Positions 1 to 8,907 of a DNA stretch of 64,000 nucleotides are shown one piece after another; the stretch's first letter is position 1; each line of letters opens with the position of its first letter. The notes below the pieces were generated by a model, which was not told where the DNA came from, searched no databases, and was given only the letters and a program-made list of their open reading frames with translations. Position numbers and translations under genes: made by a program. The stretch comes from Gemmatimonadota bacterium (lineage in GTDB: Bacteria; Latescibacterota; UBA2968; UBA8231). The DNA is taken from assembly GCA_038153405.1 (NCBI GenBank), contig JAYOYH010000010.1:31520-95519 (forward strand), given 5' to 3'.

Positions 1-1579
1 CGTAGTTGATATCGGCGGCGTCATTCTGCGTTCCCGCCAGGTACGCGCTGGTACTGTAGTCGGGATCTACGTTGTAGACTTCGCCAAAGGCGTAGTAGGG
101 ATAGGCGCGCTTGTAGACGTTGACGAACCAGGCGTCGGCCTGATTGTTGAAGGCGCGATGCTGGGTCACATCGCTTTCCGAACGGCGCGGATAGCGGAAG
201 TGCTGGCGGTTGCGGTCCCATTCGCCGGAGAGATAAAAACCGCCGACATCGCTCACGTCGATGGTCACGCCAAAAATCTCGTTGGCAACCGGCAGGCCGT
301 AGTTGACCCGTACGAACTGCTGGTTCGAACCGTCCTTGACGTTGCCGTCTGCACGCACGGTGCGCTCGGGGATGCCTTCGGACAGCAGCACCGGCTGGCC
401 GTTTGAGTTGAGCTGGCGGTTTGAGGTGACGTCGATTCGATAATCATTGGCCAGCAGTAACTGGAACTCTATGCTCTTAATCTGCTCGGGCTGTGGACCG
501 AATGAGTTGCGATATTCCGGCCCCTCGAGGTCGTAGACCAGGACGATGACCTCGTTGCCGTCGGCAGAGAGAAAACCCTCGCGGCGGAAGCCGCCCTGCA
601 CAGACGGATGAAAGTCGAGGATGTTGTTATCGCCCAAGCGGCGGCGGTTGCTGATCTTGCCGCCGTCGATCGTCGTTATGATCATCTCCTCCTGAAAGTA
701 GGCCGCACCCGCCTGGCCGTCCTCCGGCGAGTCATCGCTCAGGCGCACCTCAATGCGCGAGACGTCGGCGTTGTTCTGCCCTTCCGTCAGGGTGCCACCA
801 AAGGGATTGCCCTGAAAGGCCTGCCCCTTCGTTTGTGCGTTAAACGCGCTCAAATAGGTCGCACCGAGCTTTACAAAATCACCGATCTGCACGGTTCCTC
901 GCCCACCGACTAAGTTGGTGTCGTTGGAGCGCTCGCGCCCACCGCCGGTAGTGTTTCCCGTCGTGCTACCCGTGGCACCCGGTGAAGATGGACGAGAAGC
1001 GATAAACGTCGCCTCGTATTTATCCGTAGCCAAGTCCAACTGGATGCCTGCAAACGTCGGCTTGGAAAAGGTCATCGGCGTCAGCGTTGTGCGGATGCGA
1101 TCGCCAATGGTCAGCGCGTAGGCATACTGGCCTTTCTGATCGGAGGCAATGACCACGCCGGAAAACCAGCTGGTGAAGTTCGTAGTCTTGAACAGGTTGC
1201 TACCGGCCGTCTGCGGAGCAGAAATACGCCAGTCGTAAATGAGCTGTCCGCGCGTTATGTAGTTGCCGTACAGATCATAGAAGTAGAACCCTTCCTGCGT
1301 CGTGTTCACATACCGTTCATACTTGCGACGGGCGTAGTTGGTGTAGTCCTGCTGACGCCACTGGTACTCGTTGAAGAGCTCCTGCGGCACATACCACTTC
1401 TTCACCGCTGGATCCAACGCGTCAAACAACACACCCGAACCGTTCGGCTCATAGAATAGCTCGCCCCCGCGCCGGACGCCCAAACGCGAGCCAAAGTCTT
1501 CTTGTGCGAGCGCCGCATTGGCTTCTACTAACAGAACAGCAGCTGCTACAAACAGAAAAATACGTTTAGCGTTGTTCAC
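1..1579 (-). CDS. Large secreted hypothetical protein, 3' end truncated by the window edge; possibly an outer-membrane protein
   Basis: Absent from the ORF track because it has no stop in the window. Read by hand: GTG at 1579 after SD GGAGGG, signal peptide (NNAKRIFLFVAAAVLLVEANAALA-QEDFGSRLGVRRGGELFYEP...), open to the edge (>520 aa). Rich in Tyr/Phe/Trp alternating beta-strand-like segments. Confidence 0.85.
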   Translation of the reverse strand, partial: MNNAKRIFLFVAAAVLLVEANAALAQEDFGSRLGVRRGGELFYEPNGSGVLFDALDPAVKKWYVPQELFNEYQWRQQDYTNYARRKYERYVNTTQEGFYFYDLYGNYITRGQLIYDWRISAPQTAGSNLFKTTNFTSWFSGVVIASDQKGQYAYALTIGDRIRTTLTPMTFSKPTFAGIQLDLATDKYEATFIASRPSSPGATGSTTGNTTGGGRERSNDTNLVGGRGTVQIGDFVKLGATYLSAFNAQTKGQAFQGNPFGGTLTEGQNNADVSRIEVRLSDDSPEDGQAGAAYFQEEMIITTIDGGKISNRRRLGDNNILDFHPSVQGGFRREGFLSADGNEVIVLVYDLEGPEYRNSFGPQPEQIKSIEFQLLLANDYRIDVTSNRQLNSNGQPVLLSEGIPERTVRADGNVKDGSNQQFVRVNYGLPVANEIFGVTIDVSDVGGFYLSGEWDRNRQHFRYPRRSESDVTQHRAFNNQADAWFVNVYKRAYPYYAFGEVYNVDPDYSTSAYLAGTQNDAADINY

Positions 1580-1640
1580 GAAAACCCTCCCTTATTCACC
1601 AGCATTTGTCTGACAATCTATTCCAAATGCTCGAAGTACG

Positions 1641-4600
1641 TCAATATGCCACATTGACAATGCGCATCAGCTCGCTGTCGCCCTGATCGGCTTCAACGAT
1701 GATGCGGCAAATATACATACCCGGAGGCACCAACGCCCCCGACGCGTCGAGCCCGTTCCAGCGGAACTCCTGCGCACCAACCATCCCGGCCATACCGCTT
1801 CCCTGTCCGCGCCCCACCAAGCGCCCACTAAGGTCGAATATCTCCACACCTAGCGGACGCTCTTCCAACACTTTGAGCAGGGCGAAACGCACGACGAGTT
1901 CGTCGTTTATGCCATCGCCGTTCGGCGTAAATACAGCCGCCATATCAACGTCTTGAATGAGCGCATCACTCAGCGCCATTAGGCTGACGCGAGCCGTTGA
2001 GGATTCGACCAGTTCGGTAGCATCCTTTGACGACGTATCAACGCGCTGAAAAACGCCCTCTTCGCCGTTGGACGAACGGACGAAACTGCCAAACTCAATG
2101 CCTTCGCGGAAGCTCTGGGATTCAAACTGCACCTCGACAATGGCATGGCGTCCTCCCAACAAGTTTCCATTCACCGATTCGGGGAAGCGCACCCATAGCG
2201 AGTCGCTGCGCGTAGCCATAACCATGAGCGCCTCGCCCGCCTCGTTGCGAAAGGTGCCGTCGGCATCCCGACCATAAAACCGCGTGAAATCGGTCTGTAC
2301 GGCAGTCGTCAGGGAGGCCGTAGGATCGATGAGAGAGGCCTGTTCAGATACGGATACCGTTCCGACCCGCACGCCTTTCAACTCGGCAGCGAGTGGAGTG
2401 ACGATAAGAACTTCATTGAAGCCATCGCGCACCGTCACGTCAGCCGGATCCGGTGCAGCCGCTCGAATAAAGTACGAGAAGCTCTGCTGCGAAAGGGGAT
2501 CAACGCCCGTAGGCGCCACGTAATCGACGGGAAGCGAAAGGAGCTCCGTCACGGGACGGCCCTTACCCTCGTCCGTAAGCAGCGCTAGTTCGCCCGCTAG
2601 TTCTAACGACAGGGGCGGCGCCAAATCGACGCGCAGTTCGCGAACGCGGGCCGTCTTGAACGGTTCTTCGGAGGAAATATTAACGCGAATCTGCAAAAAC
2701 TTGCGCGGGTTAGGCGAGGTTATCGTCGCCTCGTTGCGCCCGTTGGTCGGCGCATACGACTCGCTCCACTCGCTCCAGCCGACAAAGGCCAGTTCGCCTT
2801 CGCTGTCGTAGGAAGAGCGCGGCTCGCGGCGGAGTTTCTTTCCGTCTTCGTCTACCAATCCATCGCCGTCGTTGTCGATCAGGTCGATGGGATCTTCATC
2901 CGTCACGCCATCGCCGTCGTCGTCGACGCGACTCTCGTGCCGTTTGTTGTCTGGCAAGGTCTGCCAGATATTCCATGCGGTCCACTCCAGCACCAGCGCA
3001 TCGTAGACTTCCTTTGCAACCTCCTGCCGCTCTTGGGCTCCGGCAATTTCGACCACTTCGTAGTAGGTGAAGTTGGTATCGGTTTGATCGGACGTGCGCG
3101 TTTGCACCTGCAGGCGCACGTCGGGATGGTTCTCCAACGGCTCAATCCGCTCGACGGTTTGCCCGGTAACCGGGTCGGTGTCGCGAATAATCACATCGCC
3201 TCCCCAGGCAATCTGCGGCAGCGTTTTGCGAATAAACTCCCCGCGCGCATCCGTCAGGGAGATCGGCGGCGAATAGGCCCAAACGCTAACGGGATACCCC
3301 TCCCCATAGAGTTGGATCTCGCCGAGGGTTGCCAGCGAACCATAGCGTCCCGACTGCTGCCCGGTCACGTCGATATCGCGCACCTGCAAAAAGCGGATTT
3401 TGCGCGGGGAAAACGTCTCGCGGAATATGCGCACGACTTGGTCGTGATTGTCCACGTGCTCGGCAGAAATAATGTTGTCCCACTTAAGCCCCTCTTCCAA
3501 CTGGGGAAAATCGTCGCGCTGTTGCATGCTGAGCGGCTTGAGCAGCGTGCCGTCTGACACCAAGATATCCGGGCCTAGGAAAGCGCCTAAATGGCTCTGG
3601 TTGATGCGCTTGTTAACCACGGAGACGTTATCCACCCAGAATACGGCACCCAAATCGTACCAGGCCGTTCCCTTAAGATAGATCGGAGACCACGTATTGG
3701 CCTGCCATTCGGAGTCGTAGAGCCCATCCGTGGCCAACTCGGGGGCTCCAAGGCCACCATTTTCATAGGAGGCGCCACCGCGCTTTTCCGGCTGCAGGGC
3801 GTAATTATCGCCCTTGGCCCACACCTGCACTTCGGAAATGCGCGGCACTTCACGGCTGTAATAGAGTATGGGACCGCGCTTGTCCTCCGACAGGGCTTCA
3901 AACTTAGCGCGAGCATTCAGGCCGTTTTCGTCGTCCTGCAGCTCCACGAGCAGGCCGCCCGCCGTCAGGCGCTGAAAGACCAGTGCACCTCTCTGTTCCG
4001 AGGGAAGTGCCTCGTACACCACCCGGCCCTCTTCCCCAGCCCCGAGGAACGCATCGCGCCACAAATCGGAATCGGTGACCTTAATGCGGATATACTGCAG
4101 AAACGTGCCGTCTATATCGGGCAGTCCATCCAAATCCCAGTCGGCGCGATCTAGCGGGCGGAGGGGAAAGGTCATCTGCACGTAGCGCCCGTCCGTGCCC
4201 GGCGTGGGGCGGAGCACGAGTTCGTTAACCTCTTCTCCTCCACCGCCCGAACACGAGGTGCCTCCGGCATAGCCTGCCGACTCATCGCGCACGCATTGAG
4301 CGATTTTTCCGGCGGCAAAGTTGGTCGCAACCTGTCCGACGAGCGAGAAGTTCAGGCTGTTACCCAGTGGAAAGGGAAAGCGCTCGCCCATGGACGCAAA
4401 AACGGCAAATGATTTCAGTGGTTCACCGAGAAATTCTTCTCCTACCTGGCCAGCCGGAAAAATAACCGTGACGCTGTCGACGTAAACCAAACGCCCTAGG
4501 TCGATTTCCAATTCCCACTTGCGCAACCCATCGACGGAAAACTCGTGCGTTTCGTCGAGGCGACGCTCGTAGTTGGAAGCAACGGAGGGTTCCCAGTAGG

Positions 4601-4982
4601 TCTCGAGATTGTCGTCAAGGATAGCTAAGGACCGGGTGTTATTGGATAAACTGCTGGCCCCACCGCTGACCACATCGCCGCCAGCGCGCACCAAATCCTT
4701 ATAGCTAAAGTTGGCTGCCGTAGGGCCGATGTTGATATTGCGCCGATAAAAGACCGGACGCATCCCCTCCGCATCGACCTGAAAGATGTCGGCGTCGGTA
4801 ATGGGCACGTTAAGCGAACCGACGAGGTCGTTTTGATAGCTCCAATTGAGCCAATGCGAAGCCCTATCGACTCGAATCGAGTTGCCAAATAGCCTGTAGG
4901 CGTCACCGACCTGAGACAGTGCAGGGACTGCCAACAGGACTCCTAGCAACACAGCGTGGCACACAGTCATCCGATTTTTCAT
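1641..4982 (-). CDS. Secreted 1113-aa protein with discoidin-like (DLG[RA]) modules, DxDxDG Ca-binding loops and a C-terminal FlgD-Ig / T9SS-type-B-like domain
   Basis: Signal peptide (VLLGVLLAVPALS-Q), SD AAGAGGA, IDLGR and YDLGA motifs, DDDGDGVTDED/DNDGDGLVDED, C-terminal FTPNGDGIND...IFDLSGRLV...WNGLD..G.LVPPGMY...VAY. Confidence 0.8.
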   Translation of the reverse strand: MKNRMTVCHAVLLGVLLAVPALSQVGDAYRLFGNSIRVDRASHWLNWSYQNDLVGSLNVPITDADIFQVDAEGMRPVFYRRNINIGPTAANFSYKDLVRAGGDVVSGGASSLSNNTRSLAILDDNLETYWEPSVASNYERRLDETHEFSVDGLRKWELEIDLGRLVYVDSVTVIFPAGQVGEEFLGEPLKSFAVFASMGERFPFPLGNSLNFSLVGQVATNFAAGKIAQCVRDESAGYAGGTSCSGGGGEEVNELVLRPTPGTDGRYVQMTFPLRPLDRADWDLDGLPDIDGTFLQYIRIKVTDSDLWRDAFLGAGEEGRVVYEALPSEQRGALVFQRLTAGGLLVELQDDENGLNARAKFEALSEDKRGPILYYSREVPRISEVQVWAKGDNYALQPEKRGGASYENGGLGAPELATDGLYDSEWQANTWSPIYLKGTAWYDLGAVFWVDNVSVVNKRINQSHLGAFLGPDILVSDGTLLKPLSMQQRDDFPQLEEGLKWDNIISAEHVDNHDQVVRIFRETFSPRKIRFLQVRDIDVTGQQSGRYGSLATLGEIQLYGEGYPVSVWAYSPPISLTDARGEFIRKTLPQIAWGGDVIIRDTDPVTGQTVERIEPLENHPDVRLQVQTRTSDQTDTNFTYYEVVEIAGAQERQEVAKEVYDALVLEWTAWNIWQTLPDNKRHESRVDDDGDGVTDEDPIDLIDNDGDGLVDEDGKKLRREPRSSYDSEGELAFVGWSEWSESYAPTNGRNEATITSPNPRKFLQIRVNISSEEPFKTARVRELRVDLAPPLSLELAGELALLTDEGKGRPVTELLSLPVDYVAPTGVDPLSQQSFSYFIRAAAPDPADVTVRDGFNEVLIVTPLAAELKGVRVGTVSVSEQASLIDPTASLTTAVQTDFTRFYGRDADGTFRNEAGEALMVMATRSDSLWVRFPESVNGNLLGGRHAIVEVQFESQSFREGIEFGSFVRSSNGEEGVFQRVDTSSKDATELVESSTARVSLMALSDALIQDVDMAAVFTPNGDGINDELVVRFALLKVLEERPLGVEIFDLSGRLVGRGQGSGMAGMVGAQEFRWNGLDASGALVPPGMYICRIIVEADQGDSELMRIVNVAY

Positions 4983-5039
4983 ACTCTATCCTCTTTGAGG
5001 AGCATTTCGCGCAGATCGTCGCAATGCGTTTCCCGCAGC

Positions 5040-7490
5040 TTAATAGGCGACGGAAATGAGTTTCGTTCTCGCCTCGCCCGCATCGTCCGCTTCCGTCGAC
5101 AGCCGCAATATGTATAGTCCTGGCGGCACCAGGCTGCCCATGTCGTCCCTTCCATCCCACTGTTCTGAATAGCCACCTGAGTTCAGCAAGCGCTCGATGA
5201 GGCGCAGGCGGTTCCCATTCAGATCGTATACCGCAAGCAGGACCGCGCGGGGCTCTAACAAGCGCTGGACGTCAAAGCGGACCTCTAACAGATCGTTGAC
5301 CCCGTCGCCGTTCGGTGTAAAAGGGTTGGGAGTCGTTTCGAAGTTCGCAACTAAATTGCTCCCCTGCGCCGAGATATCGGCGATAACCGCAAGCGAGTTG
5401 CGGTCGGAAAGCTGCTCTGTAGCATCAAAATCGATGACATCGCTGCCCTCGACCGGCTGCGGCAGAAAGAGAGCCAAGGTGTCGGCAGCTGCGCCCAACG
5501 TGAGGATTCCGTTATTGGTAAAGCGGCGATCGAAGCTCGATGCCAGCGTATCCAAGAACACGTTGGCCGCGAAGTTGGTGCGGAAGTCAATCACGCGCGC
5601 GCGGAAGTTGACTTTCACAACCGCCTCCCGATCCAGCCCATCGTCACCGGGGGCAATCGTCGGAAATCCGATCACAAATTGCTCGTCATCAACGAATAGC
5701 GCGCTGAACTGATCATCATCGAAATCGGGGTTTTCGCTGGCAGACAACATGCGCACATCGCCGGCACCCATATCGATTGACACAGATTGAATGTTTTCGA
5801 CGCGGGCAGGCGTGAAGACCTGCAGCCGATTGAAACCGTTGTTATTCGCTCCCAGGGACGCTCTAATCGCAATGGCGAAGGTCGTGTCTATACCAGCCTT
5901 GACGTCGACCGCGGGAGCGATCTCGCCGACCACGGCGTCGGTGATCTGCGGCGCCGAGTATTCAAAGCGCAGGTTGCGCACAATCGTCGCCGACTCCGAT
6001 GATAAACTTCTGAACTCAACATCGATCTGAATAAAGGGCCTACCACTCGGCGAGTTGATGAGCTGGCCATTGGTCACCTGCTGCACGCCGCTCCAGTACT
6101 CGAGATCCGGCTCAATTTTCCTGCGCAAGTTGCCGGGCAGCGCCTGATATTCGGCGCGCGTCAGACGAACGGATTCGCGCTCGTCGGGCAGCAGCGCGCT
6201 GAATATTTCGCGAACTTCTAGGTTGAACTGTGGGTCGTTCAAGTCGATCTGCTCGCCGCGCGTCTTCGATCCGGCGCGACGGTCCACTACAATAGCGTTT
6301 TCCGGCTTCCACTCGACCTGACGCTCGAATTCGTTGACGCGAAACAGCACATCCGGCTCGGCATTAACACCCGTCTGAATGCGCACGATGGCACTCGACT
6401 TGGTCGGGTCACCGACCTTATCCTCTTCCCAAAAAATGCGACCAAGGGTCGACGGCGGCAGCGGCAAGGCGATAGAGCGATAGGTCGCCTGCGGCACAAA
6501 GCCGTCGGCAAAGAATTCCATCTCGCCCAAATCATAGTCGAGTTCGGTCTGAAAGTCCATGCGCGCGTAGCGCATTTTGGCGGGCGGATCGAACGCCACC
6601 GCCACTGTGTCCTCGACGTTAACGGGCGCACTCTGCTCGGGAACAAAAGTGGGAAACGTCGGGGCAATTTTGGTGAATATGGGAAAGGCCAACTGACCGA
6701 CGGTCGGATCGTCCAAGCTCAAGCCGGCAATGACTTTTTCCGTGCCGGCAATACCCCGATAGAACGTGTAGGCAGAAATGCGAACGGGCGCCTCCGGACT
6801 GGGATATACCCGCATGAGGCGAATGGGAAAAAAGCGTCCGAGGTCGACATACAGCGTCCAGACCTGCTTGACGTCCTGCCCAACGCGGTCGATGCGCTCA
6901 AAGTGGGTAAGCGGATCGCCGTCAAATACGCGGCCCAATCCCTCTTGGAGCCGCTGTAAGGTCAGCGCACGCTCAAAAATACCCAGTGTCGTGAGATTGA
7001 GACCCTTATTGTATTTGTCTCCTCCCGGCGGGCGCGGAAACGACTCCGCTACGTTAATCAGCGCAGCGACCGTATCCACGCCGGCTAGGCGCAGCATCTG
7101 CACGTCTTCCAGCGACCGAGGAAAGTCACCCCAGCGCGAAATGAGCACATCACCAGCGGCCACGGAGCGATCGCCGAGGGTGGCATCCAGCTGCGCTACG
7201 ACTTCGGATCGGGCAACGTGTTGCGAAAATTCAAATAGAATGGAGTCAGCACCAGCGCTGCCCTCCTCAACCTGCGGGACAGGCACCATTTGCACCGGCT
7301 CGATCGGCGCAATCCCGTCGGGAACGCGTAGGAGATCGACGGCTTCGAGATAGCGCTGCTCGGAGATAGGTCCCTGTTTGGCATCAACCCAGGAGATATC
7401 TTGCGGAATGGAAAAGATCTTGAGTTCGGCAGGGCTTTCGCCCACCAGGCCCGCCAGCACTGCTACGGCGATACGCTTTGACCATCTCAT
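5040..7490 (-). CDS. Secreted protein with a C-terminal FlgD-Ig / T9SS-type-B-like domain; distant paralog of 1641-4982
   Basis: MRWSKRIAVAVLAGLVG signal peptide (in-frame alternative start at 7523), VDLGR motif, PNPFTPNGDGVND...VYDLNG...WDGRD..G.LVPPGLY...VAY. Confidence 0.8.
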   Translation of the reverse strand: MRWSKRIAVAVLAGLVGESPAELKIFSIPQDISWVDAKQGPISEQRYLEAVDLLRVPDGIAPIEPVQMVPVPQVEEGSAGADSILFEFSQHVARSEVVAQLDATLGDRSVAAGDVLISRWGDFPRSLEDVQMLRLAGVDTVAALINVAESFPRPPGGDKYNKGLNLTTLGIFERALTLQRLQEGLGRVFDGDPLTHFERIDRVGQDVKQVWTLYVDLGRFFPIRLMRVYPSPEAPVRISAYTFYRGIAGTEKVIAGLSLDDPTVGQLAFPIFTKIAPTFPTFVPEQSAPVNVEDTVAVAFDPPAKMRYARMDFQTELDYDLGEMEFFADGFVPQATYRSIALPLPPSTLGRIFWEEDKVGDPTKSSAIVRIQTGVNAEPDVLFRVNEFERQVEWKPENAIVVDRRAGSKTRGEQIDLNDPQFNLEVREIFSALLPDERESVRLTRAEYQALPGNLRRKIEPDLEYWSGVQQVTNGQLINSPSGRPFIQIDVEFRSLSSESATIVRNLRFEYSAPQITDAVVGEIAPAVDVKAGIDTTFAIAIRASLGANNNGFNRLQVFTPARVENIQSVSIDMGAGDVRMLSASENPDFDDDQFSALFVDDEQFVIGFPTIAPGDDGLDREAVVKVNFRARVIDFRTNFAANVFLDTLASSFDRRFTNNGILTLGAAADTLALFLPQPVEGSDVIDFDATEQLSDRNSLAVIADISAQGSNLVANFETTPNPFTPNGDGVNDLLEVRFDVQRLLEPRAVLLAVYDLNGNRLRLIERLLNSGGYSEQWDGRDDMGSLVPPGLYILRLSTEADDAGEARTKLISVAY

Positions 7491-7590
7491 TCCTTGGCTC
7501 TCCGGGTCAGATTCCTCATTCAATACGCGATAAAGGGCGAGATACTAAACGGCAGGAAGGTTAGAGCACGCGTTTGTCCTGAAAAACAGC

Positions 7591-7624
7591 GTTGAAGAGA
7601 GGGGGTTGCCCCCCTCTCTTCAAC
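7591..7624 (-). terminator. Intrinsic terminator-like hairpin after the 7655-8560 gene
   Basis: GTTGAAGAGAGGGG / CCCCTCTCTTCAAC 14-bp perfect inverted repeat; GCTGTTTTT follows on the minus strand. Confidence 0.75.
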
Positions 7625-7654
7625 GGGATATCACAGCGCATTGCAGCGCTTAAA

Positions 7655-8560
7655 TTACTCGACCGAGGCCTTGATACGACCCCAAGAATCGCTCTCAACA
7701 GCCGTGCCACCACCACCGGCACCGACCAAGCGACCATCGACGAAACGCTCAGCGTAACGCCAGGTAGCGGCCTGACCGGACAGGGTGTGGAACGCGCGGT
7801 AGTTGGAGGGCTCGATGTCGAAGTCAGGCACCGAAACCTGGAAGCCAATGATGCCACCGTCGACCAGGTTCGTGGCCTGGCTATCATCGGGGCTGTTCCA
7901 GATCAGGTCGTCAAACGGCGTGACGTAGAACTCGAAGATCGAGGTCGTCGGACCCTCGCCAACCGAGCCACCGCCGCCATCGGCATAGGGCAGCGCGTTG
8001 ACCCACTCGGCACCGGCGCCCTGATAACCGACGTGGCGGCCATCGGGGGTGTCGGCAATAGCGACATACTGCTGAGCGGTGCGGTTGTTGTTCAACAGCT
8101 TCTCGTCGTCGGTCCAGTTCTCGTCAGCCGAACCCGTGTAGTCACCACCGGTGTGGTCGCCGTCGAGCATGAACTCGATAGCGTCGTGACGCCAGAGCTG
8201 ACCGAGGTCGCCACCAGCATACTCGTTGATGTACACGTTATCAACGCGCTCCATGGCCATGTAGATGGTGCTGGAGTTGCCGTTCCAGCCTACCCAAATG
8301 CGGTAGTCGAGGTCGGCCGGATCATACTGGGCACCTTCGCCCACGGTCGGATCCTGGTAGAAATCAGTCGTGACGAGCGGAGCATCGCCAACGACGTCTT
8401 CCCAGTCAGCAACGCTGATATCGCGAATATCGATATCAGACAAATCCGAATCGGGAATTTCGTAGATCAGGTAAACAGATTCGCCTATGTGGGCGCTTGC
8501 GGTACCGCTCATGCCGCCAACGAGGCCGGCAACGATCAGAGAGAGTAGAGACTTTCTCAT
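7655..8560 (-). CDS. Secreted acidic protein, CBM9/DOMON-like sugar-binding-type fold, with C-terminal SWGRIK motif
   Basis: ATG 8560 with SD AAGGAG; signal peptide MRKSLLSLIVAGLVGGMSGTASA; VGWN...IYMAMERVDN, LWRHDAIEFMLDGD, IIGFQVSVPDFD resemble CBM9-like domains; ends GGGGTAVESDSWGRIKASVE. Confidence 0.7.
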   Translation of the reverse strand: MRKSLLSLIVAGLVGGMSGTASAHIGESVYLIYEIPDSDLSDIDIRDISVADWEDVVGDAPLVTTDFYQDPTVGEGAQYDPADLDYRIWVGWNGNSSTIYMAMERVDNVYINEYAGGDLGQLWRHDAIEFMLDGDHTGGDYTGSADENWTDDEKLLNNNRTAQQYVAIADTPDGRHVGYQGAGAEWVNALPYADGGGGSVGEGPTTSIFEFYVTPFDDLIWNSPDDSQATNLVDGGIIGFQVSVPDFDIEPSNYRAFHTLSGQAATWRYAERFVDGRLVGAGGGGTAVESDSWGRIKASVE

Positions 8561-8797
8561 TTGTTTGGACTCCTTCCAAAAGATCTTTTGAATCACACTG
8601 TACTCATACGTAAAGAAGGCTTCTGCGGCATCGATATGACACCGCATGAAAACTGAAAATACCGAAGCATTTTCAGGAAAATTTCAGTTCGCCATCACCT
8701 CCTTTCGCCGTGGAATGCGCAGAAAACAAAATGCGACCATCGCCCTTCTCTAAAGAGAGAACGCGATGGGAATGCGTTAGATAAAAAATTTCACCTT

Positions 8798-8826
8798 ATG
8801 ATATGTTAAAGTACAGCAGGTGTCAA
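8798..8826 (-). promoter_or_regulatory. Near-consensus sigma70 promoter for the secreted module
   Basis: TTGACA (8826-8821) - 17 nt - TATCAT (8803-8798). Confidence 0.8.
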
Positions 8827-8907
8827 GGCAAAACTGCCCTCGCCACACCCAGCCCTAAGGTAGTAGAAAATAATACGTTATGATTCGAATGGGGCAAATC
8901 AGTGCCT

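Noticed and set aside
7592..8548. 318-aa plus-strand ORF
   Set aside because: Antisense shadow of a strongly codon-biased gene. The minus-strand gene has the promoter, SD, signal peptide and terminator.
8561..8647. ORF-track start at 8647 for the CBM9-like gene
   Set aside because: ATG 8560 has a good SD and begins a clean signal peptide.
8680..8770. Possible fluoride or other known riboswitch (GGTGATGG / GGCGATGG strings)
   Set aside because: The pairing partner and downstream conserved elements are not in the required arrangement, and the gene context does not fit.
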